64,000 bases of DNA from an uncultured Holophagaceae bacterium (GCA_903913215.1 CAIWKE010000034.1:13483-77482); one strand, 5' to 3'. Shown: positions 27,059 to 35,975, numbered from the stretch's first letter. The notes: generated from the sequence alone by a model not told the origin. A program made the numbers and translations.

Positions 27059-28057
27059 ATGACCCAGGTTGATGTCCTGATCCTCGGCGCGTCGGGCTAC
27101 GGCGGGGGGGAGCTGCTGCGCTGGCTCTCGACCCACCCTGCGGTGAAGACACTGCGCGGCACGGCCCGGACCCATGCGGGTAAGCCCTTCCACGCCCTGC
27201 ACCCGAACCTGCGCGGCCTAGTGGAGGGCAGCTTCGAGGCCACGCCAGACTGGGCGGCCCTGGCCCAGAGCGAGGCCCCGGTGATCTTCTCAGCCCTGCC
27301 CCACGGGGAGCTGGGCAAGCTCTGGCCCGAGCTGGAAGCCGCAGGCGGAGCCCATGGCCTCTTGGAGCGGCTCACAGTCATCGACCTCTCCGCGGACTTC
27401 CGCCTGGATCCCACCTGGGTCTATGGCCTGGTGGACTGGCAGCCTGAGCGCATGACGGGCGCCAAGCGCATCGCCAACCCTGGCTGCTTCGCCACGGCCC
27501 TGCAGCTGGCCCTGCTGCCACTCGCCGAGTGGCAGCCGGCCTTCGTGGCAGTCACGGCGGCCACGGGTTCTTCGGGATCCGGCGCGGCGCCTTCGGACAC
27601 CACCCACCACCCCACCCGCGCCAATGACTTCCGCGCCTACAAGATGTTGGGTCACCAGCATGAAGCCGAGGTGCTACGCACCCTGGCCGGCGCGGGCTGG
27701 GCGGCCCCCCTCAGCTTCGTGCCCCAGAGTGCGCCCATGGTGCGGGGAATCTTCGCCACGGCTCAGTTCCCGCTGCCGGCGGGCATGGACGCCGCCGCCC
27801 TGCGGGCCCACTACGAGGCGTTTTATCAAGGCAGGTTCTTCGTGCGCTTCGTCGACGGCTCCCCCCGCGTGGCGGCCACTACGGGGAGCGCCTTCGCGGA
27901 CCTCGGCTTCGCCGCCCGCCATGGCCACGGCGCTGTGCTGGTGGCCCTGGACAACCTCGGCAAGGGTATGGCCGCCCAGGCCGTGCAGAACCTCAACCTC
28001 AGCCTAGGCCTGCCGGAGTGGACGGGACTGCGGGTGGCGGGGGGCTGGCCGGTTTAG
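27059..28057 (+). CDS. argC: N-acyl-gamma-glutamyl-phosphate reductase
   Basis: ILGASGYGGGELLR Rossmann motif and the catalytic-Cys motif NPGCFATA. Confidence 0.9.
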   Translation: MTQVDVLILGASGYGGGELLRWLSTHPAVKTLRGTARTHAGKPFHALHPNLRGLVEGSFEATPDWAALAQSEAPVIFSALPHGELGKLWPELEAAGGAHGLLERLTVIDLSADFRLDPTWVYGLVDWQPERMTGAKRIANPGCFATALQLALLPLAEWQPAFVAVTAATGSSGSGAAPSDTTHHPTRANDFRAYKMLGHQHEAEVLRTLAGAGWAAPLSFVPQSAPMVRGIFATAQFPLPAGMDAAALRAHYEAFYQGRFFVRFVDGSPRVAATTGSAFADLGFAARHGHGAVLVALDNLGKGMAAQAVQNLNLSLGLPEWTGLRVAGGWPV

Positions 28058-28141
28058 ATCTCGACCATCGGCGACCCATAGATCCCTTAATAGACAATAC
28101 TTCCGGTTGTGGGATGATGATTGACCTTTCCCGGAGTGTCT

Positions 28142-29515
28142 ATGAATCCATCCCTGCTCACCCGTGCGGCCCTGGACCAGTTCGCTGCTGAGAACCGGGC
28201 GGCCTTCGAGGCGGAGCTGAAAACCCTCGTGGAAATCCCCAGCATCAGCGCAGACCCGGCCCGGCAGGGGGACATCCGGCGCTGCGCCGAAGCGGCCCGC
28301 AGCCTCTTCGAGCGCCACGGCGGCAAGGCCGAGATTCTCGAAACCAGCGGCAATCCCCTGGTCCACGGCTGGTTTGGCGAGGATCCCAGTCAGCCCATCA
28401 TCACGGTCTACAACCACATGGACGTGCAGCCCGCCAATGAGCCCGAGTGGACGGCGGAGCCCTTCACCTTCGTGGTGGACGGGGACACCTACCGGGGCCG
28501 GGGCAGCACGGACGACAAGGGTCCGGCGGTCACCGCCCTCTTCGGCGCCCTGGCCGCACGCCGCGCGGGTGTGCCCCTCAACATCCACTTCCTCTGGGAA
28601 CTGGAAGAAGAGATCGGCTCCCCCAGCTTTGAGGGTGGCCTGAATCGCCACAAGGACCGCCTGAAGACCGATGCCATCGTGGTGAGCGACACGGTCTGGA
28701 TCACCCGGGGCAAGCCCAGCACTCCCGCAGGTCTGCGGGGCCTCAAAGGCTTCCGCCTGACGTTGGAGACCGCAGACCACGACCTGCACAGCGGCGTGGT
28801 GGGCGGTGCGGCCCGCAACCCCCTGGCGGAGCTCATCAAGGTGGTGGCCGCCATGATGGACGGCGAGACCGGCAAGGTGAAGATCCCCGGCTTCTACGAC
28901 GAGGTCGTGAAGCCCTCCAAGCAGGAACTGGAGGAGTGGGCCAACGCGGGCTTCAGCGTGGAGACCTTCAAGAAGGATCACATGATCACCGGCATGCGCA
29001 CCGAGGATCCCCTCAAGGTGATGAAGCGTGTGTGGGGCCGACCCACCATGGAAGTCCACGGCGTCGTGGGCGGCTACACGGGCCCCGGCATCAAGAGTGC
29101 CGTGCCCCCCCGGGCCGAGGTAAAGATGAGCTGCCGCCTGGTGCCGGACATGGATGAGCACAAGACCATCGAGCGCATCCGCACCTTCGTGAACCGGAAC
29201 TTCCCCGATGTGCAGTTTCACGAGGAGCACGGCCTGGCCCCCTTCAAGGGCCACGTCACGGGCCCCTACGCCGAGGCCATCAAGGACGCCTACAAGTTCG
29301 CCTTCGATGCCCCCTGCTCCTTCACCCGCGAGGGCGGCAGCATCGGCGCCGTGAAGACCATGGAGGACCTCCTGGGCTGCCAGGTCTTCTTCCTGGGCCT
29401 CAGCCTCCCCAGCCATGGCTACCACGCCCCCAACGAGAACTACGACTGGGAGCAGGCCAGCGGTGGCATGGCGGCCTTCGCTCACTACTTCGAGACCGTG
29501 AGCGGGATCAAGTAG
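28142..29515 (+). CDS. M20-family dipeptidase
   Basis: YNHMDVQPA, GRGSTDDKGP and WELEEEIGS metal-ligand motifs. ATG at 28142. Confidence 0.85.
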   Translation: MNPSLLTRAALDQFAAENRAAFEAELKTLVEIPSISADPARQGDIRRCAEAARSLFERHGGKAEILETSGNPLVHGWFGEDPSQPIITVYNHMDVQPANEPEWTAEPFTFVVDGDTYRGRGSTDDKGPAVTALFGALAARRAGVPLNIHFLWELEEEIGSPSFEGGLNRHKDRLKTDAIVVSDTVWITRGKPSTPAGLRGLKGFRLTLETADHDLHSGVVGGAARNPLAELIKVVAAMMDGETGKVKIPGFYDEVVKPSKQELEEWANAGFSVETFKKDHMITGMRTEDPLKVMKRVWGRPTMEVHGVVGGYTGPGIKSAVPPRAEVKMSCRLVPDMDEHKTIERIRTFVNRNFPDVQFHEEHGLAPFKGHVTGPYAEAIKDAYKFAFDAPCSFTREGGSIGAVKTMEDLLGCQVFFLGLSLPSHGYHAPNENYDWEQASGGMAAFAHYFETVSGIK

Positions 29516-29531
29516 GGTTCATGACTCTGCG

Positions 29532-29562
29532 CAGAAACGCCGGCCAGGGGCCGGCGTTTCTG
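29532..29562. terminator. Terminator-like hairpin between convergent genes
   Basis: CAGAAACGCCGGCC-AGGG-GCCGGCGTTTCTG. There is no clear U-tract. Confidence 0.45.
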
Positions 29563-29573
29563 TATTCGGTTGC

Positions 29574-30602
29574 CTACCAGAGCGGCTGCATGGGGGTTTC
29601 CTGGAAGACCGGTGCCCGCCCTGAGGGCCTACCGTTCCCATCTTGGCTGGAGAGGCGCAGGATACCCAGATAGGGCGCGGCGCTGGGGTCATAGAGCACG
29701 GTGATGCTGCCGCCCCGGCCCGGACTCCCGCTCCAACCATCACTTCCACTTGAGCCATCGCTGCCGCTGGAGCCACTGGGGGAACCCGACCCCCCGAACC
29801 CACCTCGACCACCCCGCCCCCCGCGGCCCCCGGATCCGCCCGCGCCTCCATCCGCCTTCACCGTTAGATAGCCCCCTTGGGGGTCCACCAGAAACCGATC
29901 AATCCGGTCACCACCTCGCACGCTCACCTGTAGCAGGGGATGGGGGCCAGGCCTGAAAGCCACGTTCACCAGGAGGGATGGCGCGTCGCCACCGGGCCCT
30001 CCATTGTCACCGTCGCTGCCACGGCCTCCATCGGAACCATTGCCTCCCGGGGAGGGGTTGTTGAGGTCGTTGGAACCTGAGCTGCCACTCATGCCATCAG
30101 ATCCAGCCATTCCGTCCATGCCCGAGAAGCCGGGGCTTCCGGAAAAGTCAGCGTGGAAGCCCCAGTCGTACCTCACGGGGATATCCAACTCCGTTCGTAG
30201 TTCCGGGTGACTGGGCACAGTGATGATCAGGTGGGGGGTCCGCCCATCGCTGAGGCGAGGGTCCGAGGGCAGCGAAACCACGCCCTTCGGACTAACCCCC
30301 GCCACCGTGCTAGAAAGCTGGAGATCCTCCCAGAGAACCTTGCCTCCAGGACTCCCCTCAGTGTGCAAAGTAGCACCGTCCGGCTGCACCAAAGTTACGA
30401 CGAGGGCAGCCTTCCCACTGGGTGCCATACCTCCCTCCGGTAGGGTGGCGGATAGGGCGCTGATGGAGGTCTTCTCCAGACGGACCCGCCACCCCATCCA
30501 AACTTGGATTGGTCTGCAACTGAGGCCTATGAGCGCCAGCAACATGCCAACCAGACCCTGCAGGATTCGGCCCAGGCTCGAGACAGGTGGGGATGCGCGC
30601 AT
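29574..30602 (-). CDS. Secreted/anchored Gly-rich protein with two G-X-Y tracts, function unknown
   Basis: N-terminal hydrophobic segment ILQGLVGMLLALIGLSC. Beta-strand-like segments are interrupted by GSPGFSGMDGMAGSDGMSGSSGSN..GGNGSDGGRGSDGDNGGPGGD and by GGAGGSGGRGGRGGRGGFGGSGSPSGSSGSDGSSGSDGWSGSPGRGG. Confidence 0.6.
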   Translation of the reverse strand: MRASPPVSSLGRILQGLVGMLLALIGLSCRPIQVWMGWRVRLEKTSISALSATLPEGGMAPSGKAALVVTLVQPDGATLHTEGSPGGKVLWEDLQLSSTVAGVSPKGVVSLPSDPRLSDGRTPHLIITVPSHPELRTELDIPVRYDWGFHADFSGSPGFSGMDGMAGSDGMSGSSGSNDLNNPSPGGNGSDGGRGSDGDNGGPGGDAPSLLVNVAFRPGPHPLLQVSVRGGDRIDRFLVDPQGGYLTVKADGGAGGSGGRGGRGGRGGFGGSGSPSGSSGSDGSSGSDGWSGSPGRGGSITVLYDPSAAPYLGILRLSSQDGNGRPSGRAPVFQETPMQPLW

Positions 30603-30779
30603 GCTGGCCTCACTTGGTGGCAATGATCTAGCTCCCGTTGAGCTTCTTTACCAAGGGAGGGGCATCTGGCGTATTAGGTTGAGCACCATTCCATCGAACT
30701 GAAGGTCTGACCCGCGTTTCCTGGAAGCTCAATCTCGCCAGGTCCTCAATCACCAGCAGGCTCTACCCTGCTGACTGTA

Positions 30780-31150
30780 GGACATGGACAAGCGGAAAAT
30801 CCATCAACCAGATCCGCACCTTCGTGAATCTGAACCACCCCGATGTGCAGTTCCACGAGGAGCACGGCCTGGCCCCCTTTCAAGGGCCACGTCACGGGCC
30901 CTACGCTGAGGCAATCAAGGACGCCTACAAGTTCGCCTTCGACGCCCCCTGCTCCTTCACCCGCGAGGGCGGCAGCATCGGCGCCGTGAAGACCATGGAG
31001 GACCTCCTGGGCTGCCAGGCCTTCTTCCTGGGTCTTAGCCTCCCCAGCCACGGCTACCACGCCCTCAACGAGAACTACGACTGGGAGCAGGCCAGCGGCG
31101 GCATGGCCGCCTTCGCCCACTATTTCGATACGGTGAGTGGGATCAAGTAG
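30780..31150 (+). pseudogene. Truncated, frameshifted duplicate of the 3' end of the M20 dipeptidase gene
   Basis: 98 of 108 aligned residues are identical to the C-terminus of 28142..29515 (hand count). A compensated +1/-1 indel pair gives APFQGPRHGPY where the intact copy has APFKGHVTGPY. The first ~40 nt are out of frame. About 355 N-terminal codons are missing. Confidence 0.8.
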
Positions 31151-31159
31151 GGTTAGCTT

Positions 31160-31203
31160 CCTTTTCAGAAACGCCGGCCAAGGAACCGGCGTTTCTGAAA
31201 AGG
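31160..31203. terminator. Terminator-like hairpin (diverged duplicate of the one at 29532)
   Basis: CCTTTTCAGAAACGCCGG-CCAAGGAA-CCGGCGTTTCTGAAAAGG. Confidence 0.5.
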
Positions 31204-31330
31204 AAACATACCCTATTTTCTTTCATGAGCGAGACCGCCACCAGTTGGTCTATACAACTCCTGGACCCTATTCCAGGCCAAGCGCCATAAAGCAACCAGA
31301 ACAGGACGCGACTCACCATGAGGCCTAGCG

Positions 31331-34300
31331 CTATTTTATCTGCTGGATCATCACGGTAAAGGCGTAGGGGGCGGAGGAGTGCCCGTTGTTATAATTGCCC
31401 AAATTGTCTCCACCTGTGCCTGTGTAAACCACCTTGACCAGATCGCCAGTGTCCGCTGAGAACATCACGGTGTGACTGTTGGGCGCGAATCCGCTGGCCG
31501 GAGTGACAAACGCGAAAGCCCCTGCGGCGATTAGTGTATTGTTCTTCCGCACCTCCCCAGTGAAAAGAGGGGGGTTGTTACCGCCCTCAGAGATGCTGAT
31601 CGCCTGGGTGTTGACCTGCACCGTTAGGATGTATATCCCCGTCGTCGGCATCGTATAGACGCCAACATTGGAAGCAATACCTGCATTGACTACCGTGTTA
31701 CCTGCTACTAAATCGTTGGTACCAATCCTGACCGAACCGATGGCTGCATCCTGGACCGCTGCCATTGAAGTGCCGCCGGCGGGGGCTAGGCTCAGCCAGG
31801 CACCATTCCCACCATTTGCTGCTGCACTCCAGGTCAGGACCTGACCATCCTGGTTGGTGTTGGCCGTATGGTCCGCAGGTGGCGCCAGGGCCAGGAGCGA
31901 GCTGCCCTTGATGTTCACGTCGTTGGCGTAGATCGTGCTCCAACGGTTGGTGGCGGAACCAAGTGTGGTCGCGTTGTTGGCACCCGGTACCACTTCGGCA
32001 AGCGCATTGACCCATCCAAACGAGCCATTGTTGCCGATGACCATCTGATCGGCCTTGGTGGTCGCTGCTTGGGCGCCAATGGCGATCTGGTTATCGGCGG
32101 TGGGGGCGGTTGTGGTTGCACCGTAACCTAGGAAAATCCCATGGCTTCCAGATGACAAGGGATTGCCCGCACTTCGGCCTACGGCCACGTTTCCAACCCC
32201 AGTCACCGGATCCACGCTGCCCTGCAGCGCGTAGGTTCCAATCGCGACATTTTCGTTTCCGCCCGTGCTCGCCTGTTGGAGCGCCTGATAGCCCACGGCC
32301 ACATTGCTGGAAACGGCACCATCCCCGCCCTGCAGGGTGGCCTGGCCGATGGCGACATTCTGGGCACCGGTGAGTGCATAGCCGGCCACTTCTCCCATCG
32401 CAACGTTGCTACCGCCAGTGGTATTGCTCCTGAGCGCGAAGTGCCCGACACCCACATTCCACTTCCCCGTTGTGTTCGCATAAAGGGCATTGCTGCCAAG
32501 ACCCACGTTTTCTTTGCCTGTAGTATTGGCATTCATCACGTTGATACCGACCGCGGTGTTGTCCGAACCGGATTGATAGATGCTTCCAAGTGAACTTGCT
32601 CCGATGGCCACATTGCCGGTACCGGAATCGCCGAACAAATTTCCCTGCAAGGCGTTGTACCCCATGGCCACGTTGTAGTTGCCCGTGCTCAGGAACATCA
32701 TCGCGTAACCGCCCACGGCGGTATTGTTCTGCCCGCTCGTGAGGGAACTCAGCGCATAGGTTCCAAGCCCCGTGCTATTCACAACACTGCTCGTCATGGT
32801 GAAGTTACCGGCATTCAAGCCAAGGAACGTATTACCTGCACCAGAGCCATTGCCTGACACGCCGCCGAAAGAATGGAGAAAGGGATAGAGCGTTCCACCG
32901 GTGAAGATCTGCACCGCCGAGGATGCTCCCGTGCTGTCTGGAAGTCTGAGGTTGTGCGCAATGGCCACATAGCCCGAATTCGAGTTGGTGATGTCGTTGC
33001 CGCTGGTCGTCCAGGGGCCGCCACCACCAGCGGTAGCCACCCAACTCCGCGCACCAGCCGCGGTCGACGAGAGCACATATCCATCAGCCCCGGGATTTCC
33101 TAAGACAGGCTCCTTCCCCGCCACAGCCGAGGTCACGAAGGCCGTAGTGGCGATCTGGGTGGTGTTGGTGCCACCGGTGGCCGTGGGCGCCGCTGGAGTG
33201 CCTGTGAATGTGGGTGAAGCAAGCGGGGCCTTGACTGCCAGGCCAGAGGCCACAAAGGCTGTCGTGGCGATCTGTGTGGTGTTGGTGCCACCGGTCGCCG
33301 TGGGTGCCGCTGGAGTGCCTGTGAAGGTGGGTGAAGCCAGCGGTGCCTTGCCGTTGAAGGCCGTCCAGTCCGCCGCGCTCAGCGCACCACGATTGGAGGC
33401 CGAGGCGGTCGGCACATTGAGCGTGATGACCGGCGTCGAGGTGCCCGTGGCCACGCTGGAGGACAGGTCTGCTCCTGTGGTTCCGAGCGTCAAGGCCGCC
33501 ACACTGGTGACCGTGCCGCTGCCCTTGGCGTTGAAGGTGGCGAAATCCGAGGCCGCGAGGTAGCCATCCACACTGGAGGTGGCCTTCGTGATGCCAAGGG
33601 TTCCGCTGCCCGTGATCGGGCCACCCGTTAGGGGGCCGGAGGTGGCCACGCTGGTGACCGTACCCGTGCTGCCACCCGCAGCGGTCACTGGTGCCCAGGC
33701 GCTGCCATCGAACTGGTAGAGCCCTGGGGTGCCATCGGACTGGTAGACCAGCAGGCCTGCGGTGGGCGTGAGAATGGCGGCGCGCTGGACAGCAGTCATG
33801 CGCGGGGGCAGAAAGCCCTTGGTGCTACTGGTGAGGTCCAGCAGGGCGCTGGCATCCGGTGTGGCCGTCCCCAACCCCAGCGAACCTGTGGTGAAGACGA
33901 CATTCGAACCCGACAGGGTGAGGGGGCTTGCGCCCGCCGGTCCCATGGCACCCGTGGCGCCGGCAGGCCCCTGGGCGCCAATCACCCCTGGCAGCCCCTG
34001 GGGGCCCACCGATCCCGTGGCTCCTGCCGGGCCTGTGGCACCTGTGGCGCCGGCCGGACCTTGGCCCCCGGTCACACCCGGCAGCCCCTGGGGGCCCACA
34101 GATCCGGTGGCTCCCGTCGGCCCAGCGGGTCCCTGAGGGCCTGTTGCACCGCTGGGTCCGGCAACCCCCTGGGGCCCAGTCGCACCTGTGGCACCCGTCG
34201 CGCCAGTGGCTCCGGTGGCTCCGGTCGGACCGGCGGGTCCCTGGGTGCCGGCCACGGATCCCGCCACCCACTTGGTGCCGTTGTAGACCAGGGCCTGACC

Positions 34301-34810
34301 AGAGGTGGGGGGCGTGGTGGCTAGGTCGAGGGGAATGCCCTGCAGCTTCAGCACCAGGGTCTGGTTCTGGGTACCGCCCAGGTCACCGCTGAAGGAGCCG
34401 GCCAGAGTCCATGCGCTGATGGCCTGGAAGGCGGGAACGATATCGATGTCAGGGGCGAGGGCCTGACCGGATACCGTGACGTGGAGCTTCAGGCCCGCCT
34501 TGCCGAGCGCGGCTGCTGGTAGGGTTGGCATGCCGGTAGCACCCAGCACCACGGAGTAAAGACCCTCGCTCACGGTCAGGGTCTGCGCACCGGAGTTCCA
34601 CAGCTCCGTGCTGGTGCTGTCGAGGATACTGAAGGTGAAGCTGCGCACGCCGCTGACAGCTGTAGCACCCTCCAGCAGCCGTCCTTGATAGGCCAGCGTG
34701 GGCAGCGGTGCGACATCCGCCGCAGCTTCTGCAACCTGGGCCTGGAGGACGGGAACGCCAACGCAGGCAATGAGGGTGGCGATGGTGGGTGTGAGGAAGG
34801 CACGGCGCAT
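31331..34810 (-). CDS. Large secreted fibre protein: collagen-like GXY tract + tail-fibre repeats + YadA-head-like repeats + C-terminal C1q/TNF-like domain
   Basis: Start taken at the ATG at 34810 ([26 protein letters not shown] signal peptide). Modules are described in the findings. Residue numbers follow the 1180-codon track ORF. Confidence 0.85.
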   Translation of the reverse strand: MRRAFLTPTIATLIACVGVPVLQAQVAEAAADVAPLPTLAYQGRLLEGATAVSGVRSFTFSILDSTSTELWNSGAQTLTVSEGLYSVVLGATGMPTLPAAALGKAGLKLHVTVSGQALAPDIDIVPAFQAISAWTLAGSFSGDLGGTQNQTLVLKLQGIPLDLATTPPTSGQALVYNGTKWVAGSVAGTQGPAGPTGATGATGATGATGATGPQGVAGPSGATGPQGPAGPTGATGSVGPQGLPGVTGGQGPAGATGATGPAGATGSVGPQGLPGVIGAQGPAGATGAMGPAGASPLTLSGSNVVFTTGSLGLGTATPDASALLDLTSSTKGFLPPRMTAVQRAAILTPTAGLLVYQSDGTPGLYQFDGSAWAPVTAAGGSTGTVTSVATSGPLTGGPITGSGTLGITKATSSVDGYLAASDFATFNAKGSGTVTSVAALTLGTTGADLSSSVATGTSTPVITLNVPTASASNRGALSAADWTAFNGKAPLASPTFTGTPAAPTATGGTNTTQIATTAFVASGLAVKAPLASPTFTGTPAAPTATGGTNTTQIATTAFVTSAVAGKEPVLGNPGADGYVLSSTAAGARSWVATAGGGGPWTTSGNDITNSNSGYVAIAHNLRLPDSTGASSAVQIFTGGTLYPFLHSFGGVSGNGSGAGNTFLGLNAGNFTMTSSVVNSTGLGTYALSSLTSGQNNTAVGGYAMMFLSTGNYNVAMGYNALQGNLFGDSGTGNVAIGASSLGSIYQSGSDNTAVGINVMNANTTGKENVGLGSNALYANTTGKWNVGVGHFALRSNTTGGSNVAMGEVAGYALTGAQNVAIGQATLQGGDGAVSSNVAVGYQALQQASTGGNENVAIGTYALQGSVDPVTGVGNVAVGRSAGNPLSSGSHGIFLGYGATTTAPTADNQIAIGAQAATTKADQMVIGNNGSFGWVNALAEVVPGANNATTLGSATNRWSTIYANDVNIKGSSLLALAPPADHTANTNQDGQVLTWSAAANGGNGAWLSLAPAGGTSMAAVQDAAIGSVRIGTNDLVAGNTVVNAGIASNVGVYTMPTTGIYILTVQVNTQAISISEGGNNPPLFTGEVRKNNTLIAAGAFAFVTPASGFAPNSHTVMFSADTGDLVKVVYTGTGGDNLGNYNNGHSSAPYAFTVMIQQIK
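33134..33349 (-). repeat. Tandem 39-codon repeat inside the fibre gene
   Basis: [33 protein letters not shown] occurs twice (residues 509-541 and 548-580). The DNA copies are nearly identical. Confidence 0.9.
33932..34240 (-). repeat. Collagen-like G-X-Y tract (~34 uninterrupted triplets, includes a 30-codon tandem duplication)
   Basis: Residues 212-314: [56 protein letters not shown]...GAMGPAG. Confidence 0.9.
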
Positions 34811-34869
34811 GGGGTTCACCTTGGACGAAGCGTGGAGAAGGCAGGAATGGAAGGATCGGTAATAGAAGG

Positions 34870-35397
34870 TCACTTCACGGGCGGGACGAAGCCGTGGCGC
34901 ACCTTGATGGCCCCATCGGCGGTGGCGGCCAGCGTCGCCGGGACAGCCTCACCCACCACGGCCCCGTTGGAGACGCCCGTGCCCGGAACTGCCTGCTGGG
35001 CACCGAAGGTCTGCACGAAGTTCGGTGAAGTCACCGCCGGGGGTGGTGGCGCCAGGATGCTGAGGCCGGTGCTGGCGGTGTAGCGCACGTCCTTGGCCCA
35101 CACGGCGTAGATCGTGGCCTGGCCCGGCGTGGCGGAGGCGGTGAACCGCCCGGTGGCCGAGATGGTCCCCGCAGTGGCGGGCAGCACCGACCAGATGGCC
35201 TCGCTGCCCCAGGGCGTGCTGGCGCTGAACTGCAGGGTCTGGCCCGCCACCAGGGAGGGCGTCTCAGGCAGGACGGTCATCCGCCAGTTGGTGGTTCCAG
35301 CCCGGTCGCCGGAGTTATGGGTGCTGTAGCAGCCCTGGACCAGCAGCAACGAGAGCAGCGCCAGGCAGGCGCAGCGCTGATTCATAGGAGCCCCCAT
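34870..35397 (-). CDS. Lipoprotein with bacterial Ig-like (Big_2) domain
   Basis: [12 protein letters not shown] lipobox-like signal. Big_2 pattern [11 protein letters not shown]...[30 protein letters not shown]. The start at 35397 overlaps the upstream stop (TAATG); an alternative ATG is at 35385. Confidence 0.7.
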   Translation of the reverse strand: MGAPMNQRCACLALLSLLLVQGCYSTHNSGDRAGTTNWRMTVLPETPSLVAGQTLQFSASTPWGSEAIWSVLPATAGTISATGRFTASATPGQATIYAVWAKDVRYTASTGLSILAPPPPAVTSPNFVQTFGAQQAVPGTGVSNGAVVGEAVPATLAATADGAIKVRHGFVPPVK

Positions 35398-35975
35398 TAA
35401 TAGGTCCAGATGAGGTTGAGGGAGGCCACCCGCGTGGGCTGGTTCTCCTGCCCGTAGCGACTGGCCACAAAGCGGAACTCGGCCCCCAGGTTGGCATTCC
35501 AACGGCGGCCCACGAGGAGGCCCACCCCAGCCCGGGTCCAGCGGCTGGACCCCGAGGGGCTGAAGGTCCCCGTGGGCGTACTCAGCCGGTTGGTGCTGTC
35601 CACGGTCCAACGGATGCCGTAGAGCCCCAGACCCAGGAACCAGCGTTCCTGGTGGAAGAGCTGCTCGAGGCCGAGACTTTCATCGTGCACCCTGGTGTCG
35701 ATTTCCTGGTGAACGGTAGGCGAGTCCTTAATCTGGCGCCCTGCTCCAAACTGCTCCCGATCCAGGCGCAGGCGCAGGGTCTGGTTCACGTAGGAGCCCC
35801 ACTCCAGCCGTGCCCCGAGGCTGGCATCGAGCCCGGAGACGGTGGTCAGCTTGAGGTCCGGGGATGCAGGCACCAGCAGGCCCGCCTGCAGGCCCCACCG
35901 GAAGGACTCCCCGGCGCTCAGGCCGGTCCAGACAAACATCCAACCGACCACCAGTGCCGGAAAAACCTTCCACAT
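35397..35975 (-). CDS. Small outer-membrane beta-barrel protein (~8-strand class)
   Basis: Signal peptide MWKVFPALVVGWMFVWTGLSAGE. Alternating strands. C-terminal aromatic signal (LNLIWTY). Confidence 0.6.
   Translation of the reverse strand: MWKVFPALVVGWMFVWTGLSAGESFRWGLQAGLLVPASPDLKLTTVSGLDASLGARLEWGSYVNQTLRLRLDREQFGAGRQIKDSPTVHQEIDTRVHDESLGLEQLFHQERWFLGLGLYGIRWTVDSTNRLSTPTGTFSPSGSSRWTRAGVGLLVGRRWNANLGAEFRFVASRYGQENQPTRVASLNLIWTY

Noticed and set aside
30824-31150. 108-aa ORF as an independent small gene
   Set aside because: It is a diverged copy of the dipeptidase C-terminus only. It has a compensated frameshift, no N-terminal catalytic domains, no RBS-like sequence, and a GTG that is internal in the parent gene. 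I call it a pseudogene fragment.
31331-35975. Fibre locus as a prophage remnant, because of the tail-fibre-type repeats
   Set aside because: No capsid, terminase, baseplate, tape-measure, integrase or lysis genes lie within 25 kb on either side. The protein has a Sec signal peptide, and its neighbours are an OMP and a lipoprotein. A cell-surface structure is more consistent, though phage ancestry of individual modules remains likely.
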